Shown here: positions 12,297 through 26,024 of the stretch, in pieces | Layout of the letters: every line of letters starts with the position of its first letter | How positions within the stretch are numbered: the stretch's first letter is position 1 | Assembly (NCBI GenBank): GCA_028826165.1 | Contig: JAPDFW010000049.1 | Location: 1-48,942 of the forward strand | Direction of reading: 5' to 3' | Source: Anaeramoeba ignava BMAN | Lineage: Eukaryota > Protista > Anaeramoebae | Length of the DNA stretch: 48,942 bases | Notes under the pieces: model-generated | Told to the model about the DNA's origin: nothing | Database searches by the model: none | The model's input: only the letters and a program-made list of their open reading frames with translations | Translations under genes and position numbers: made by a program

Positions 12297-15200
12297 ATGA
12301 ATGAACAAAAAACCATAATTCTCCAAGAAAAAGAAGAAATTACTAATGAAGAAGATCTTTCCAATAACCAAAATGAGGAAATTACAGAACAACTCCAAAA
12401 ATCTAAGAATGAAGAAAGTCAGTCAAAAATAAACAAAAAACAAATAAAAAAATAAATAAAAAACAAATAAAAAACACAAGTGATCGTTTTAAATAAAATT
12501 TAATTAAAAATAAACAAAATAAACAAAATAAAATAAAAATAAAAAAAAAACACAAATAAAAAACAAGTGATCATTTTAAATAAAAAAACAATTAAAAAAT
12601 AAATAAAAAAATAAATAAAAAACAAATAAAAAACACAAGTGATCGTTTTAAATAAAATTTAATTACAAAATAAACAAAATAAACAAATAAAAATAAAAAA
12701 AAAACACAAATAAAAAACAAGTGATCATTTTAAATAAAAAAACAATTAAAAAATAAATAAAAAAAATAAAAAAAAAAATAAATAAAAAACAAATAAAAAA
12801 CACAAGTGATCGTTTTAAATAAAATTTAATTAAAAAAATAAACAAAAATAAAAATAAATAAAAAAAAAACACAAATAAAAAACAAGTGATCATTTTAAAT
12901 AAAAAATAATTAAAAAAATCTCAATGAAAAATTAAAAGAAAAAGCAAAATTTTTGTTCATACTAACAAAATAATTATTTAATAGATCAATGTATCAGCTC
13001 CTTCATTTCTCCTGAAAAAAGAAATATAATAATAAATAAGATAAAAACGTTCCAATGTCTTCCCGAAAAAAAGGTAATAACTATAAGGTTTTTGGTATCG
13101 GATGGAATTATAAATCCCAAGTTGAGTATAGATGATTTACTACAATCAATTAAATTTATCAAAGAATTATTCCAAGAAAAAATAATCGATGAAGATATAT
13201 TGGAAATATGTCTAAAGTTGATTTCAAATCTTATAGAAAAATTAACACAAAATTTAGTTGAAAATATGAATTTAGATTCAAATTTTTTAAAATTAGTAAA
13301 TAATTTATGTCTTACTTCTTCTGAAAATTCTTCAATGGTACATCTAAATGAAATGAAATCACAAAGTCTTTCAAGATTAAATTCAATAAAAACAGATGAA
13401 TTTATTCAAAACAAAACACAAATTAAATTTCAGAAACAACGAATTGTAATGAATTCTGAAGATGGTAAAATTATAAAATATGAATATAAATTTTTTTTCC
13501 AATTCAAAATTTAATTATTATTATTTTTCTTATTACACTTTTGATAGATATGATAAAGAATAGCAATAAAAAAAACCAATTATATTTCAATAGTGAACTA
13601 AAATACTTAAACAATCAAATGTTTCAAAATTTTCATATTCCCGAACGGGATATTACTCAAAATGATTTGTATATTGATAAGAAAATAATGATTAATGACA
13701 GATCAATGTTAATAGATAATGTTTCTAAAAATGAAAATGAAAATGAAATTGAAAATGAAAATGAAAATGAAATTGAAATTGAAAATGAAAATGAAAATGA
13801 AAATGAAAATGAAATTGGAATTGAAAATGAAAATGTAAATGAAAATGAAAATGAAAATGAAAATGAAAATGAAAATGAAAATGAAAATGAAAATGAAAAT
13901 GAAAATGAAAATGAAAATGAAAATGAAAATGAAAATGAAAATGAAAATGAAAATGAAATTGAAAATGAAAATGAAAATGAAAATGAAAATGAAAATGAAA
14001 ATGAAAATGAAAATGAAAATGAAATTGGAAATGAAAATGAAAATGTAAATGATGAAGATGAAATTGGAAATGAAATTGGAAATGAAAATGAAAATGAAAA
14101 TGATGAAGATGAAATTGAAAATGAAAATGAAAATGAAAATGAAATTGAAAATGAAAATGAAAATGAAAATGAAAATGAAAATGAAAATGAAAATGAAAAT
14201 GAAAATGAAAATGAAAATGAAAATGAAGATGAAGATGAAAATGAAAATGAAGATGAAACTGAAAATGAAGATGAAGATGAAGATGAAGATGAAGATGAAG
14301 ATGAAGATGAATATAAAACTGAAGATGAATATAAAACTGAAGATGAAAATGAAAATCAAAGTCAAAATCAAAATAACAAAAAGAAGAAGCACAAAAACAA
14401 AAAAGAAAAGAATAAGAAGAAAAATAACAAAAACAAAAAAAAAATTCCAAGAAGAAAAACAAAAAGAAGAAGCACAAAAAAAAAAGTGAAAGTGAAAGTG
14501 AAAAATGAAAAAGAAAAAGAAAAAGAAAAAGAAAAAGAAAAAGATTCAGATCGAGAATCCACTAATGATACTACTGATTATTCTTCTGATAATTCAAATA
14601 GTAGTGATATGGAGATTGATAATGATAGTGAAAGCACAGCTGAAGAAGAAAAAAGTGATTCAGAAAATGATTCAGATGTTGACCTAATTTACCAAGTACC
14701 AAAAAAAGAATTAAGAAAAAAGGGTTCCAGATGTCGCCTATGCGGCTATGTTAAAGAAGAGGGTCATTCTAAAAAATGTCGATGCATTAAACGCATGAAA
14801 CGGAGAAAAACATATTTAATATTTATAAAGCATACCAGAGGTCTCAATTGCAAAGTAAAAAAGAGGCATATCTATCACTTGGCTGTTAAACATATAAATC
14901 ATCACGAATTAGAATCCGAAATTGAATTACACGAGAATAATTGGCCCTTTTATCTGAACAAAAAAAGATCCAAACGAATAGCAGAAAAAAAGATTAAATC
15001 TATGAAAAAGGAAAACAAGATAATAAATAAATCAAAAAGTAATAAAGAAGCTAGAAAAAATCTTGTTTCATCTAGATTCAAATTGCTTTCTGAGGATCCA
15101 TCAGTCAAAACAAGCATATTTCATAACCAAAAAAAACTATCTTCAAAAAAAAAATCAAAAGCAAAAGCAAAAGCAAAATCAGAACAACATAAATTGGATT

Positions 15201-17580
15201 CAAAAAAGAAATCAACAAAAAAAAGGAAGGAAAGACAAAAAAGGAAAAAAGATTCTACTGATTCAGAAACTTTGAAAATCGCAAATCCAAAACGATCAAG
15301 ATCAAAACGAAAATCCAAGCATATATCTACATCTTCATCTGAATCATCTGAATCTTCATATGAATCAAAACCTAAATCAAAATCTAATCTAAATCTAAAC
15401 CTAAATCTAAACCTAAATCGAAATCTGTAGGAAAATCTAGATCTAAACATAAATCTAAATCAAATCACAATTCAAATTCAAAGCAAAAATATAATACAAA
15501 TTCAAAATCAAATTTAAATCACAATAATGAAAATCAAAATTCAAAATCAAAATCAAAATCAAAATCAAAATCAAAATCAAAATCAAATTCCAATTCCAAT
15601 AAAAGATCAAAATCCAATTCAAGTCAAAAAGTTAATTCCAATCAAAAAGTTAATTCCAATTCCAATTCCAATTCCAATTCCAATTCCAATTCCAATTCCA
15701 ATTCCAATTCCAATTCCAAATCAAAATCCAAATCAAATTCCAATCAAAAAGTTAATTCCAATCAAAAAGTTAATTCCAATTCCAATTCCAATTCCAATTC
15801 CAATTCCAATTCCAATTCCAAATCAAAATCCAAATCAAATTCAAGTCAAAAAGTTAATTCCAATAAAAAAGTTAATTCCAATCAAAAAGTTAATTCCAAT
15901 TCCAATTCCAATTCCAATTCCAAATCCAAATCAAATTCAAGTCAAAAAGTTAATTCCAATAAAAAAGTTAATTCCAATTCCAATTCTAATTCTAATTCCA
16001 ATTCCAAATCAAATCCAATTCAAGTCAAAAAGTTAATTCCAATAAAAAAGTTAATTCCAATAAAAAAGTTAATTCCAATTCCAATTCTAATTCCAATTCC
16101 AATTCCAATTCCAATTCTAATTCCAATTCCAAATCAAAATCCAAATCAAATTCCAATCAAAAAGTTAATTCCAATAAAAAAGTTAATTCCAATTCCAATT
16201 CCAATTCCAATTCCAATTCCAATTCCAATTCTAATTCCAATTCCAATTCCAATTCCAAATCAAAATCCAAATCAAATTCCAATCAAAAAGTTAATTCCAA
16301 TAAAAAAGTTAATTCCAATCAAAAAGTTAATTCCAATTCCAATTCCAATTCTAATTCCAATTCTAATTCTAATTCTAATTCCAATTCCAAATCAAATTCA
16401 AGTCAAAAAGTTAATTCCAATCAAAAAGTTAATTCCAATTCCAATTCTAATTCTAATTCCAATTCTAATTCTAATTCTAATTCCAATTCCAAATCAAATT
16501 CAAGTCAAAAAGTTAATTCCAATAAAAAAGTTAATTCCAATTCCAATTCTAATTCTAATTCCAATTCCAATTCTAATTCTAATTCTAATTCCAGTCAAAA
16601 AGTTAATTCCAATAAAAAAGTTAATTCCAATCAAAAAGTTAATTCCAATTCTAATTCCAATTCCAATTCCAATTCCAATTCCAAATCAAATTCAAGTCAA
16701 AAAGTTAATTCCAATCAAAAAGTTAATTCCAATCAAAAAGTTAATTCCAATTCTAATTCTAATTCTAATTCCAATTCCAATTCCAATTCCAATTCTAATT
16801 CTAATTCAAAATCAAAATCAAATTCAAATTCAAGTCAAAAAGTTAATTCCAATTCCAATTCCAAATCAAATTCAAATCAAAAATCTAATTCCAAATCCAA
16901 ATCAAATTCAAATCAAAAATCTAATTCCAATTCCAATTCCAATTCTAATTCTAATTCTAATTCCAATTCTAATTCCAATTCTAATTCCAATTCCAATTCC
17001 AATTCTAATTCCAATTCCAATTCCAATTCCTAATTCCAATTCTAATTCTAATTCTAATTCCAATTCCAATTCCAATTCCAATTCCAATTCCAATTCTAAT
17101 TCTAATTCTAATTCTAATTCTAATTCTAATTCTAATTCTAATTCCAATCAAAAAACTAATTTCAATTCTATTTACAATTCTAATTCAAAATCAAATTTAA
17201 ATCCAAATAATGAAAATAATGAAAATAATGAAAATTTAAAATCAGATCAAAAATCCAATTCCAATTCCAATTCCAAATCCAAATCCAAATCCAAATCAAA
17301 GTCCAAATCAAAATCCAAATCCAAATCAAAATCAAAATCAAAATCAAAATCCAATTCCTATTCCAATTCCAATTTCGATTCCGATTTAAAATTACAAGAA
17401 AAAACCAGTTATGAATCTTCCCTTAATACTGATTACGATTCTGCAGATATTTATGGCCAGGAGTCTGAAAAAGAAAACGAATATCATTCCAGATCACTAT
17501 CAAGAAATGAATCTGCACGTTTAATCGATGGATATATCAAAGACTTGAGGAAGAGGTTTGATACTTCATCAGACATCTGA
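12297..17580 (+). CDS. Spliced cargo gene of unknown function: helical N-terminus, (EN)n acidic tract, CCHC-like zinc knuckle, K/S-rich and (NS)n tail
   Basis: Exons 12297..12417, 12985..13464, 13548..17580. Intron 1 12418..12984 (GTCAGT...TACTAAC...ATAG) and intron 2 13465..13547 (GTAAAA...ATAG) are both phase 1 and restore one open frame. Knuckle CRLCGYVKEEGHSKKC at ~14730-14780. Three 1-bp indels in repeats (~15385, ~16015, ~17031) are needed to reach the C-terminus SARLIDGYIKDLRKRFDTSSDI*. Confidence 0.7.
12430..12915. repeat. Intronic dimeric minisatellite (~163-bp unit x3, made of two ~80-bp subunits)
   Basis: CAAGTGATCGTTTTAAATAAAA (~12477, 12636, 12803) alternates with CAAGTGATCATTTTAAATAAAA (~12564, 12718, 12883). 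Confidence 0.85.
13728..14355 (+). repeat. Coding (GAAAAT)n/(GAAGAT)n microsatellite (EN/ED repeats)
   Basis: Directly visible. Confidence 0.9.
15530..17150 (+). repeat. Coding (AATTCC/AATTCT)n microsatellite punctuated by CAAAAAGTT (NSNS...QKV)
   Basis: Directly visible; follows in frame from SKSKS sequence of the cargo gene after correcting small indels. Confidence 0.85.
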
Positions 17581-19060
17581 TGCTCAGATAAAAAATCTTA
17601 AATTAATTTCCAAAAATCAAACCCACTGAAATCGAAACTGATTTAATCCTTTTTGGTTCTTCATTCTTTTTTTTCATTCTTTTTTTTCATTCTTTTTTTT
17701 CATTCTTTTAAAGAAATTACTTCTTGAAAAATCATATGAATGAATTTCCAAAAAAAAATTAACTTTTTATTTTGATTTCATTAACAATTTTTGAATCATT
17801 CAACAAAAGACTTAAATAAATACAGAAAAGATAATATCTGAGTAAAATTATTTTGATAACTGGAAATTATATTTAAATATTATTTGTTTTTTTCTCATAA
17901 TTATTATTTGAATATTAACTTTTCGAATGAGATATTCTTATAAAAAAGTTAGAAATATGCTAATTGATTTTATTTTCATTTTTAATAGAATAAAATTCTG
18001 GAAAAAAAAACAAGAAAATCCCAAAAATCTTGCCTCTAAGTTGATTTCAAAAAAAAAATCATTTATATCCATTTTTTTTGACTCATTATTTTGGTCTCAT
18101 TTAAGTCTAATATATGATTTCTCCAAATTTGGAACATCTTTTGGATTCTATTTTGGAATATTTCTTCAGATTATCAATTAACAAATTCAAAGATTCTGAA
18201 CTATAGTATTTTCTGCGAAGTATGTCATATAAATAGTATTATATCAAGTTTTTTTTTCTGGAATTGATTGATTTTGCATTGATATACTTACATAATAACT
18301 CAATTTCTTCTAGTATCCATACCAGCATACCATATATATTTTCTTTTATTTTTGCTAATATACTTTTGATGAGTTTTTTTTGAAAGTAATTGATGATATT
18401 TTAATGGGGATTTCCAATCGATTATTTAAACAATCTATTTCTTATCCACATTTTTGTTGAATTACATTTCAATTAGAACTTTATTTATTTAATACCTTTA
18501 ACTGAAGTGAATTTATTCAAAGCTTGTTTTTTTCTGTTTTTTTTTTTCTTCATCAAATGGAGTTTTTTCTCTGATCCAATTTTGATATATCCGCAAAGTG
18601 AACTGAGTCATTGAATAAAAATAAAAATAAAAATAAAAAATAAAAATAAAAATAAAAATAAAAAAAATTTGTAAAAAAATATTTATAAACACAATTTGGA
18701 GGAAAAAATGTTTTGATCATTTAATTTTTATTTATTATTGTCAATTTTTTTTTGGTTTAAAACCCTCAGCTTAATTAAATTATATCATCATTTAATCAAT
18801 AATTTAAAATATGAAATTTGAATGAAATTTGATATTCAATTAATTTTTTCATCTTTCTGCTTCTTTTTTTTTTGTATTTTTGTAATCAAGAATTTACTTT
18901 TTTTCCTCGATTAATTATCTTAGATTATTTTAGTATCCATTTTGTTTTTTGATATAAAAATAAATCAATTCATCCATTAATTACTGAAAAATCAATGAAA
19001 TTTAACATTAGGAGAGAAAATTTTGATTCAATTTGGGAAATAATATCTTTGGTATGATCA

Positions 19061-19348
<288 letters not shown>

Positions 19349-20710
19349 ATCAACATTCTATCAATTATTTCACTTATGCTATTGTTGGGTATCTTCAAAA
19401 ATCTTTCATTAGATAACATAATCCATCAATAAAAACTTGAAAAAAAATTTTTTTTTCGATGTTTGTAACAAATCACTCCGCCGAGTTTTTCGGGAAAATA
19501 ACAAAAAGAAAGATTATTAAAAAATCTATGCTCCTTTTGTTGAATAATATTCATTTCCAGTAATTCATTAATTATCTCCTTTATTTGAAAAAAAAATACT
19601 GAAAGGGGAAAAAGCACCAGATAAAGAAAAAAGAAAGAAACAATAGGTATCAGAGGAAAAAGTATGCACAAAATCTAGATTTAAGAAAAAAAAATTCATC
19701 TCTATACACAAGTTATGAATAAGTTTGTTGGTTATAGAACAAGGCTGTTTTAAGAACGGTATTCATTCATTCATTCATTAATATTCAAAGTAATAAATTC
19801 TTAGATCTTTCAAATATAGGGGGGAAAATTATTAAGTAATTTGTAGAAGTAATCAACTTTTCGATTTTTTTCATTCCCATTAAATATAAATTCATTCATA
19901 GCAGAAATTCAAGGATTTTTTTTATCATTATTTTTTATTGAAACTTGAAGTTATTCAGAAATTTATCATTAATATTGATAACCAAAAATCTGAATTTCTT
20001 TTTTCAAACCGAAACAAATGGAATTTATAAAAGAACTCTCGGGTCTTTGTCGGTATTTTCATGACAAATGATTTGGTAATAACCCAAATTCAAATCATCG
20101 AATTTGGAAAAGAAGAGAAGAAAAAAAAAAAGGAAAATTAAACTAAATTGTAACGGGAAACAAAAAATTTGACACAAACAATATAGAGGATTTTAAACAA
20201 TAAAAAAAAAAGGGAAAAAAGACGAATAGGAAATAAAAAGAAAATTAAAATTTTAACAAAAATAAGAAAAGAATAACAAGAATAGAGAGGAATACAAAAC
20301 CAAAACCAAAACCAAACAAAACTCGAATCAATCTTGAATTTTTCATGTTACTTGATTTCATGATTTTTTGACAAACAAGAAAGTCACCGAAAAATGATTA
20401 TATGGAAAAAAGTTGTTTATATTAATTAAATTGATAGAATAGAAGAAGGAAAAATTTATTGTTTGAATTCTTGCTTACGATTTTCGTTTTAAAATGGTAT
20501 CTATTATCGAATATCAATTGTTTTTTTCTTATTATCTCTGACATTTTATTGATACTATTTCAAAATATTTCTTCCTGGTGCATTTAGTTCGAATACATCC
20601 GGTATGACTTAGCTCATTCTTTTTTTTTGGATTTTAATGAAAACGAGCAAATGAAATTTTTCAAAATAGTATAATAATTAGATTTTTTAGATCGTTGTAA
20701 TTGTCTCATA

Positions 20711-22013
20711 ATTATTATAATAAATATTATAATAAATAATAAAAATAAAACTAAGGAATAAATTAATATTTATATTTATAATAATATTTATATTTGTATT
20801 TATATTAATATTCTTATTATTTATAAATAAATTATTAATAATTAAATTAATCATATATATTATAATAAATATTATAATAAAACTAAGGAATAAATTAATA
20901 ATTATATTTATAATAATATTTATATTTATATTTATATTAATATTCTTATTATTTATTAATTAAATTAATATTAATTAAATTAATCATATATATTATAATA
21001 AATATTATAATAAATAATTAAAATAAAACTAAGGAATAAATCAATAATTATATTGATAATAATATTTATATTTGTATTTATATTAATATTCTTATTATTT
21101 ATTAATTAAATTATTAATAATTAAATTAATCATATATATTATAATAAATATTATAATAAATAATTAAAATAAAACTAAAGAATAAATTAATAATTATATT
21201 GATAATAATATTTATATTTATATTTATAATAATATTCTTATTTATTTATTAAATTATTAATTAATTAAATAATAATATATATTATAATAATATTTAAATA
21301 TTATAATAATTAAAATAAAATAAATAATAAATAATAATAAATAAAATAAAAATTAAAGAATAAATTATTTATATTTATATTATTTATTTTATTAATAATT
21401 ATTATTTAAATTAATCATATATATTTTATTTATATATTATAATAAATAAATAATATTCTTATTATTTATTATTTATATTATTGAATTAAATTAATAATAT
21501 ATATTATAATAAATATTATAATAAAATAAAAATAAAAAATAAAACTAAGGAATAAATTAATAATTATATTTGATATTAATATTTATATTATATTTATATT
21601 AATATTCTTATTATTTATTAATTAAATTATTAATTAATTAAATTAATCATATATATTATAATAAATATTATAATAAATAATTAAAATAAAACTAAGGAAT
21701 AAATCAATAATATTTATATTGATAATAATATTTATATTATATTTATATTAATATTCTTATTATTTATTAATTAAATTATTAAAATTAATTAAATTAATCA
21801 TATATATTATAATAAATATTATAATAAATAATTAAAATAAAACTAAGGAATAAATTAATAATTATATTGATAATAATATTTATATTTGTATTTATATTAA
21901 TATTCTTATTATTTATTAATTAAATTATTTATTAATTAAATTAATCATATATATTATAATAAATATTATAATAAATAATAAAAATAAAACTAAGGAATAA
22001 ATTAATAATTATA
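20711..22013. repeat. ~146-bp AT-rich tandem repeat, ~9 copies
   Basis: Anchor CTAAGGAAT at ~20751, 20883, 21029, 21175, (21352), 21545, 21692, 21843, 21990; middle copies are degenerate. Confidence 0.88.
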
Positions 22014-22904
22014 TCATGGAATTGAATAACTGAATCAGAAGGGGTTTTTTTTAGGTTGAATTAATTTCTAGTTTGAATGAAAAATGGATGAAAAGAAAGT
22101 CATAGTCTAAGAATGGGAGAGTGGGAAAAAAAAGTTAAAACCAAAAAGAAGCGAGTTTGTAACTAAAAGCAAAAAAAATCTTGGAATTATACTCAATTTT
22201 ACAAAAAACGATTTGGTTGTTGATTCTTTATTTATATTGATTATTGAATTATTAGGGAATTTAATATCAACTTCCAAAAAAAAAGAATAAATGAAAAAAA
22301 AAGAAAGAAAAGATGGAGGGCAAAAAAAAGTGAAAAGGGGGTTCTTGGATTTTTATGGATGAAACAAAAAAAATATAATAAATAATAATTGAAAAATAAC
22401 TTACAATAAGTAAAAAATAAAAGAAAAGAAAAAGAAAGTAAATTAAATTGAATTAGAGTAAGTGCGTTTTTTATGAGCTGAAAAAACTAAGAATAAGAAA
22501 AAAAGTACAAAAAAAGTTAGAAGAGTGTGTATAGAAAAAAAACAAAATATTAGAATAAATGAAACTTATCTATTCAAAACCAAGAAAGTAAGGGATATGA
22601 AAATTATTTCAAACATCAAACTGTAAAGGGAACATATGTGGGAATATTGAAAACACAATAAATAAGGAAGAGTAATTGAAAAAAAAAATGAAAAATAATT
22701 TTAATAAAAAAAAAAGCAAAAAAAAATTTTTTTTTTTGAAAAAAAGAAATTGTAACAAAAATAAACATGAAAATAAAATATACATTAGAAGTTGAGTCCA
22801 TTATAAAATTAATATTTTTCAAAAAGGGGTTTTTGTTGATCAATTAATTGATCTTGAGAAAAAAAACTTGCAAAATATGAATTTTTTCATGGATATAAAT
22901 TAAT

Positions 22905-24082
22905 TTATAAAAAATGGGATAATGAATGAATGGAATATTAATAATAAAATTTTATTTAAAATATTATTTGATTTGATTTATTTATATTTATTAATTTATT
23001 ATTTAATCTAAAATTAATATAAATTTGAAAAATTGATTAAATTGGAATTTTTAATTGATTTTTTTGAAAATGAATGTAATTTTTTAAACAACAAATAAAT
23101 ATAAATAAAATAATATTGAATAAATAAAGTATTGTTGAATAAATTAATTTTAAATTATTATTTGATTTGATATATTTATATTTAATAATTGATTAATTAA
23201 TTGGTTGTGTTAATAACAATTATGAAATGAATTAATAGAAATTTATTTTTTTTAAATTTTATTAAAAAGCAAATCAATATAAAAAATGAAATAAAGAATG
23301 AATGAAATATAAATAAATAAATTTCTTTTAAATTATAATTTAATTTGATATATCTATATTTATTCATTCATTCATTAATCCAAAATCAATATAAATTTGC
23401 AAATTTTGTTTGATTGATTTTCCTGTTGAATTTTTTGAAAATGAATGTAATTTTTATCAAAATCAATCAATATAAAAAATGGGATAATGAATGAATAAAA
23501 TATTAATAAGAAAATTTTATTTAAAATATTATTTGATTTGATTTATTTATATTTATTAATTTATTATTTAATCTAAAATTAATATAAATTTGAAAAATCG
23601 ATTAAATTGGAATTTTTAATTGATTTTTTTGAAAATGAATGTAATTTTTTAAACAACAAATAAATATAAATAAAATAATATTGAATAAATAAAGTATTAT
23701 TGAATAAATTAATTTTAAATTATTATTTGATTTGATATATTTATATTTAATAATTGATTAATTAATTGGTTGTGTTAATAACAATTATGAAATGAATTAA
23801 TAGAAATTTATTTTTTTTAAATTTTATTAAAAAGCAAATCAATATAAAAAATGAAATAAAGAATGAATGAAATATAAATAAATAAATTTCTTTTAAATTA
23901 TAATTTAATTTGATATATCTATATTTATTCATTCATTCATTAATCCAAAATCAATATAAATTTGCAAATTTTGTTTGATTGATTTTCCTGTTGAATTTTT
24001 TGAAAATGAATGTAATTTTTATTGAAATCAATTAATATAAAAAATGGGATAAACAATGAATAAAATATTAATAAGAAAATTT
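22905..24082. repeat. 565-bp tandem duplication (2 copies + start of third), built from three diverged ~188-bp subunits
   Basis: The GGGAT of AAAAATGGGATAA falls at 22916, 23481 and 24046 (period 565). Related TTTAAA..ATTT(G/A)ATTTGAT..TATATTTA blocks at ~22950, 23145, 23325. Confidence 0.88.
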
Positions 24083-25198
24083 TCTTTTCATATATTCTTC
24101 TATTGATTAATGAAATGTCCTTTCATTGAAAAATTAATTTAAAAATCAAGTGATTTCGGATATTATTAGAAGGTGAAATTCCCAGTGTAACACGATTTTT
24201 TGTTAATGATTTTTTGAGATGATAAAGGTTTTGAAAAAAATAAAAGAGGATTGAAAAGAACTACGTTGAAATATTTTAATTACATTATGATTAGATCAAA
24301 TATGTTTAAATTTATCAAATGATTATTCTGTTATTTTTTGCAATAGTAAGATAAAATCCAAAAAACAGGAAAAAAAAATTTTTGACAAAATTCTCGGAAA
24401 ACGACCCCAGTCATTTTCGAAAAAAATTTTTGGGGTCAAAAAAAAATTACTGTAAATTAAATTAAATCAAATTAATAATTTTTTTTTTGATTAAATTGGA
24501 AAATATTATTTCAATTCCTTTTTGTTTTTTTTTTTTAAAATTATAAAATTAATAAATTAATAAATTTCTTTTCTTGATTTAATATCCAAAATTTTAAATA
24601 AAATAAAATAAAATAAAATAAAAAAGAAAGAAGAATTTGAATTGAGAATAAAACAAAATTGAATTAAATTTGTAAATCTGAATAAAATAAAACAAAATAA
24701 AAAAAGAGAGAGGAATTATAATTAATTAATTAAATATTAATTTTAATTTTTTTCTTTTTCTTTTTTTTTCTTTTCAAATTTTTAAAGTTGAAAATTTTTA
24801 AAAATGAATGAATTAAAATGAAAATATTTTTTTTTTTTGGAAAATAATTGAATATTAAATTGAATTTGAAATTGAATTTATTTTTTTTTTGAATTAAAAT
24901 AAATTGAAATATAATAATCAAATAATAAATATAAATATTATTTTGATTTTTTTTTTTGGAATAAAAATTATAATTAAAATTATAATTAAAATTTATTTCT
25001 TTTTTTTGATTATATTCTTAATTTTAAAAAAAATTCAAAATTGTTTTGTTTTAATTAATAAAATAATTGAAATAAAAATATTGTTTTTGTTTATGTTTAT
25101 GTTTATTTAAAAATGGAAATGAAATATCTTCTTATAAAATTAATATTAATATTTTGAAAAAGAAAATAAATAAATTAATTAATTAATTAAAAACTTAC

Positions 25199-25294
25199 TC
25201 CACTTAAATTAAAATTAGCTCCATTATCAACTAATAATTTAATCATATCAAATGTAATTGATTCATTCCTACATAAATAATGAACTGGAGACCA
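25199..25294 (-). CDS. Single ankyrin-repeat exon of a host gene ([32 protein letters not shown])
   Basis: 96 bp, open, phase 0-0, bounded by AAAAAG| acceptor and |GTAAGT donor. Matches the ankyrin consensus TPLHxA...xxxLLxxGAxxN. Confidence 0.85.
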
Positions 25295-25641
25295 CTTTTT
25301 TGTTTTGAAATAATAAATTAAATTAAATTAAATTAAATTAATTTCTCTTTAATTTATATTTTAAATAATTTTCTCTTATATTTTTTTGTTATTTAAAATT
25401 AAAAAATTTATAATTTTATTTTGAAATAATATTTTTTTTGTGTTTTTTTGAAAATCAAATTAAAATAATAAATAAAATTACTCTCTAATTTATTATTAAA
25501 TTTAAATTTAAAAAAGAAAAGATTAGATTTAAATTGTTTTTTGTTTTTTGTTTTTTGTTTTTTGTTTTTTGAAAAAAATAAAATAATTAAATTGAGGAAA
25601 TTTTGTATATTTATTAAGATTTTCCATTAATTTCCAAATAA

Positions 25642-25700
25642 TATTTAATTTAATTTAATTTAATTTAATTTAATTTAATTTAATTTAATTTAATTTAATT
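25642..25700. repeat. (AATTT)n microsatellite
   Basis: Directly visible. Confidence 0.85.
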
Positions 25701-25830
25701 AATATATTAAAATCTTATTAAATTATTAAAAGGTTAATTGAAGAGAAATAATAATAATAATATAGATTTATATTTTAAGGTTATGGAAGATAGAGATTAT
25801 AAAGGAATAAATAATAAGATGAAAAGAGGA

Positions 25831-26024
25831 ATATATTTATATTTATATTTATATTTATATTTATATTTATATTTATATTTATATTTATATTTATATTTAT
25901 ATTTATATTTATATTTATATTTATATTTATATTTATATTTATATTTATATTTTATATTTATATTTATATTTATATTTATATTTTATATTTATATTTATAT
26001 TTATATTTATATTTATATTTATAT
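25831..26024. repeat. (TATATT)n microsatellite
   Basis: Directly visible; ends exactly at the GGTAGGGG element terminus. Confidence 0.95.
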
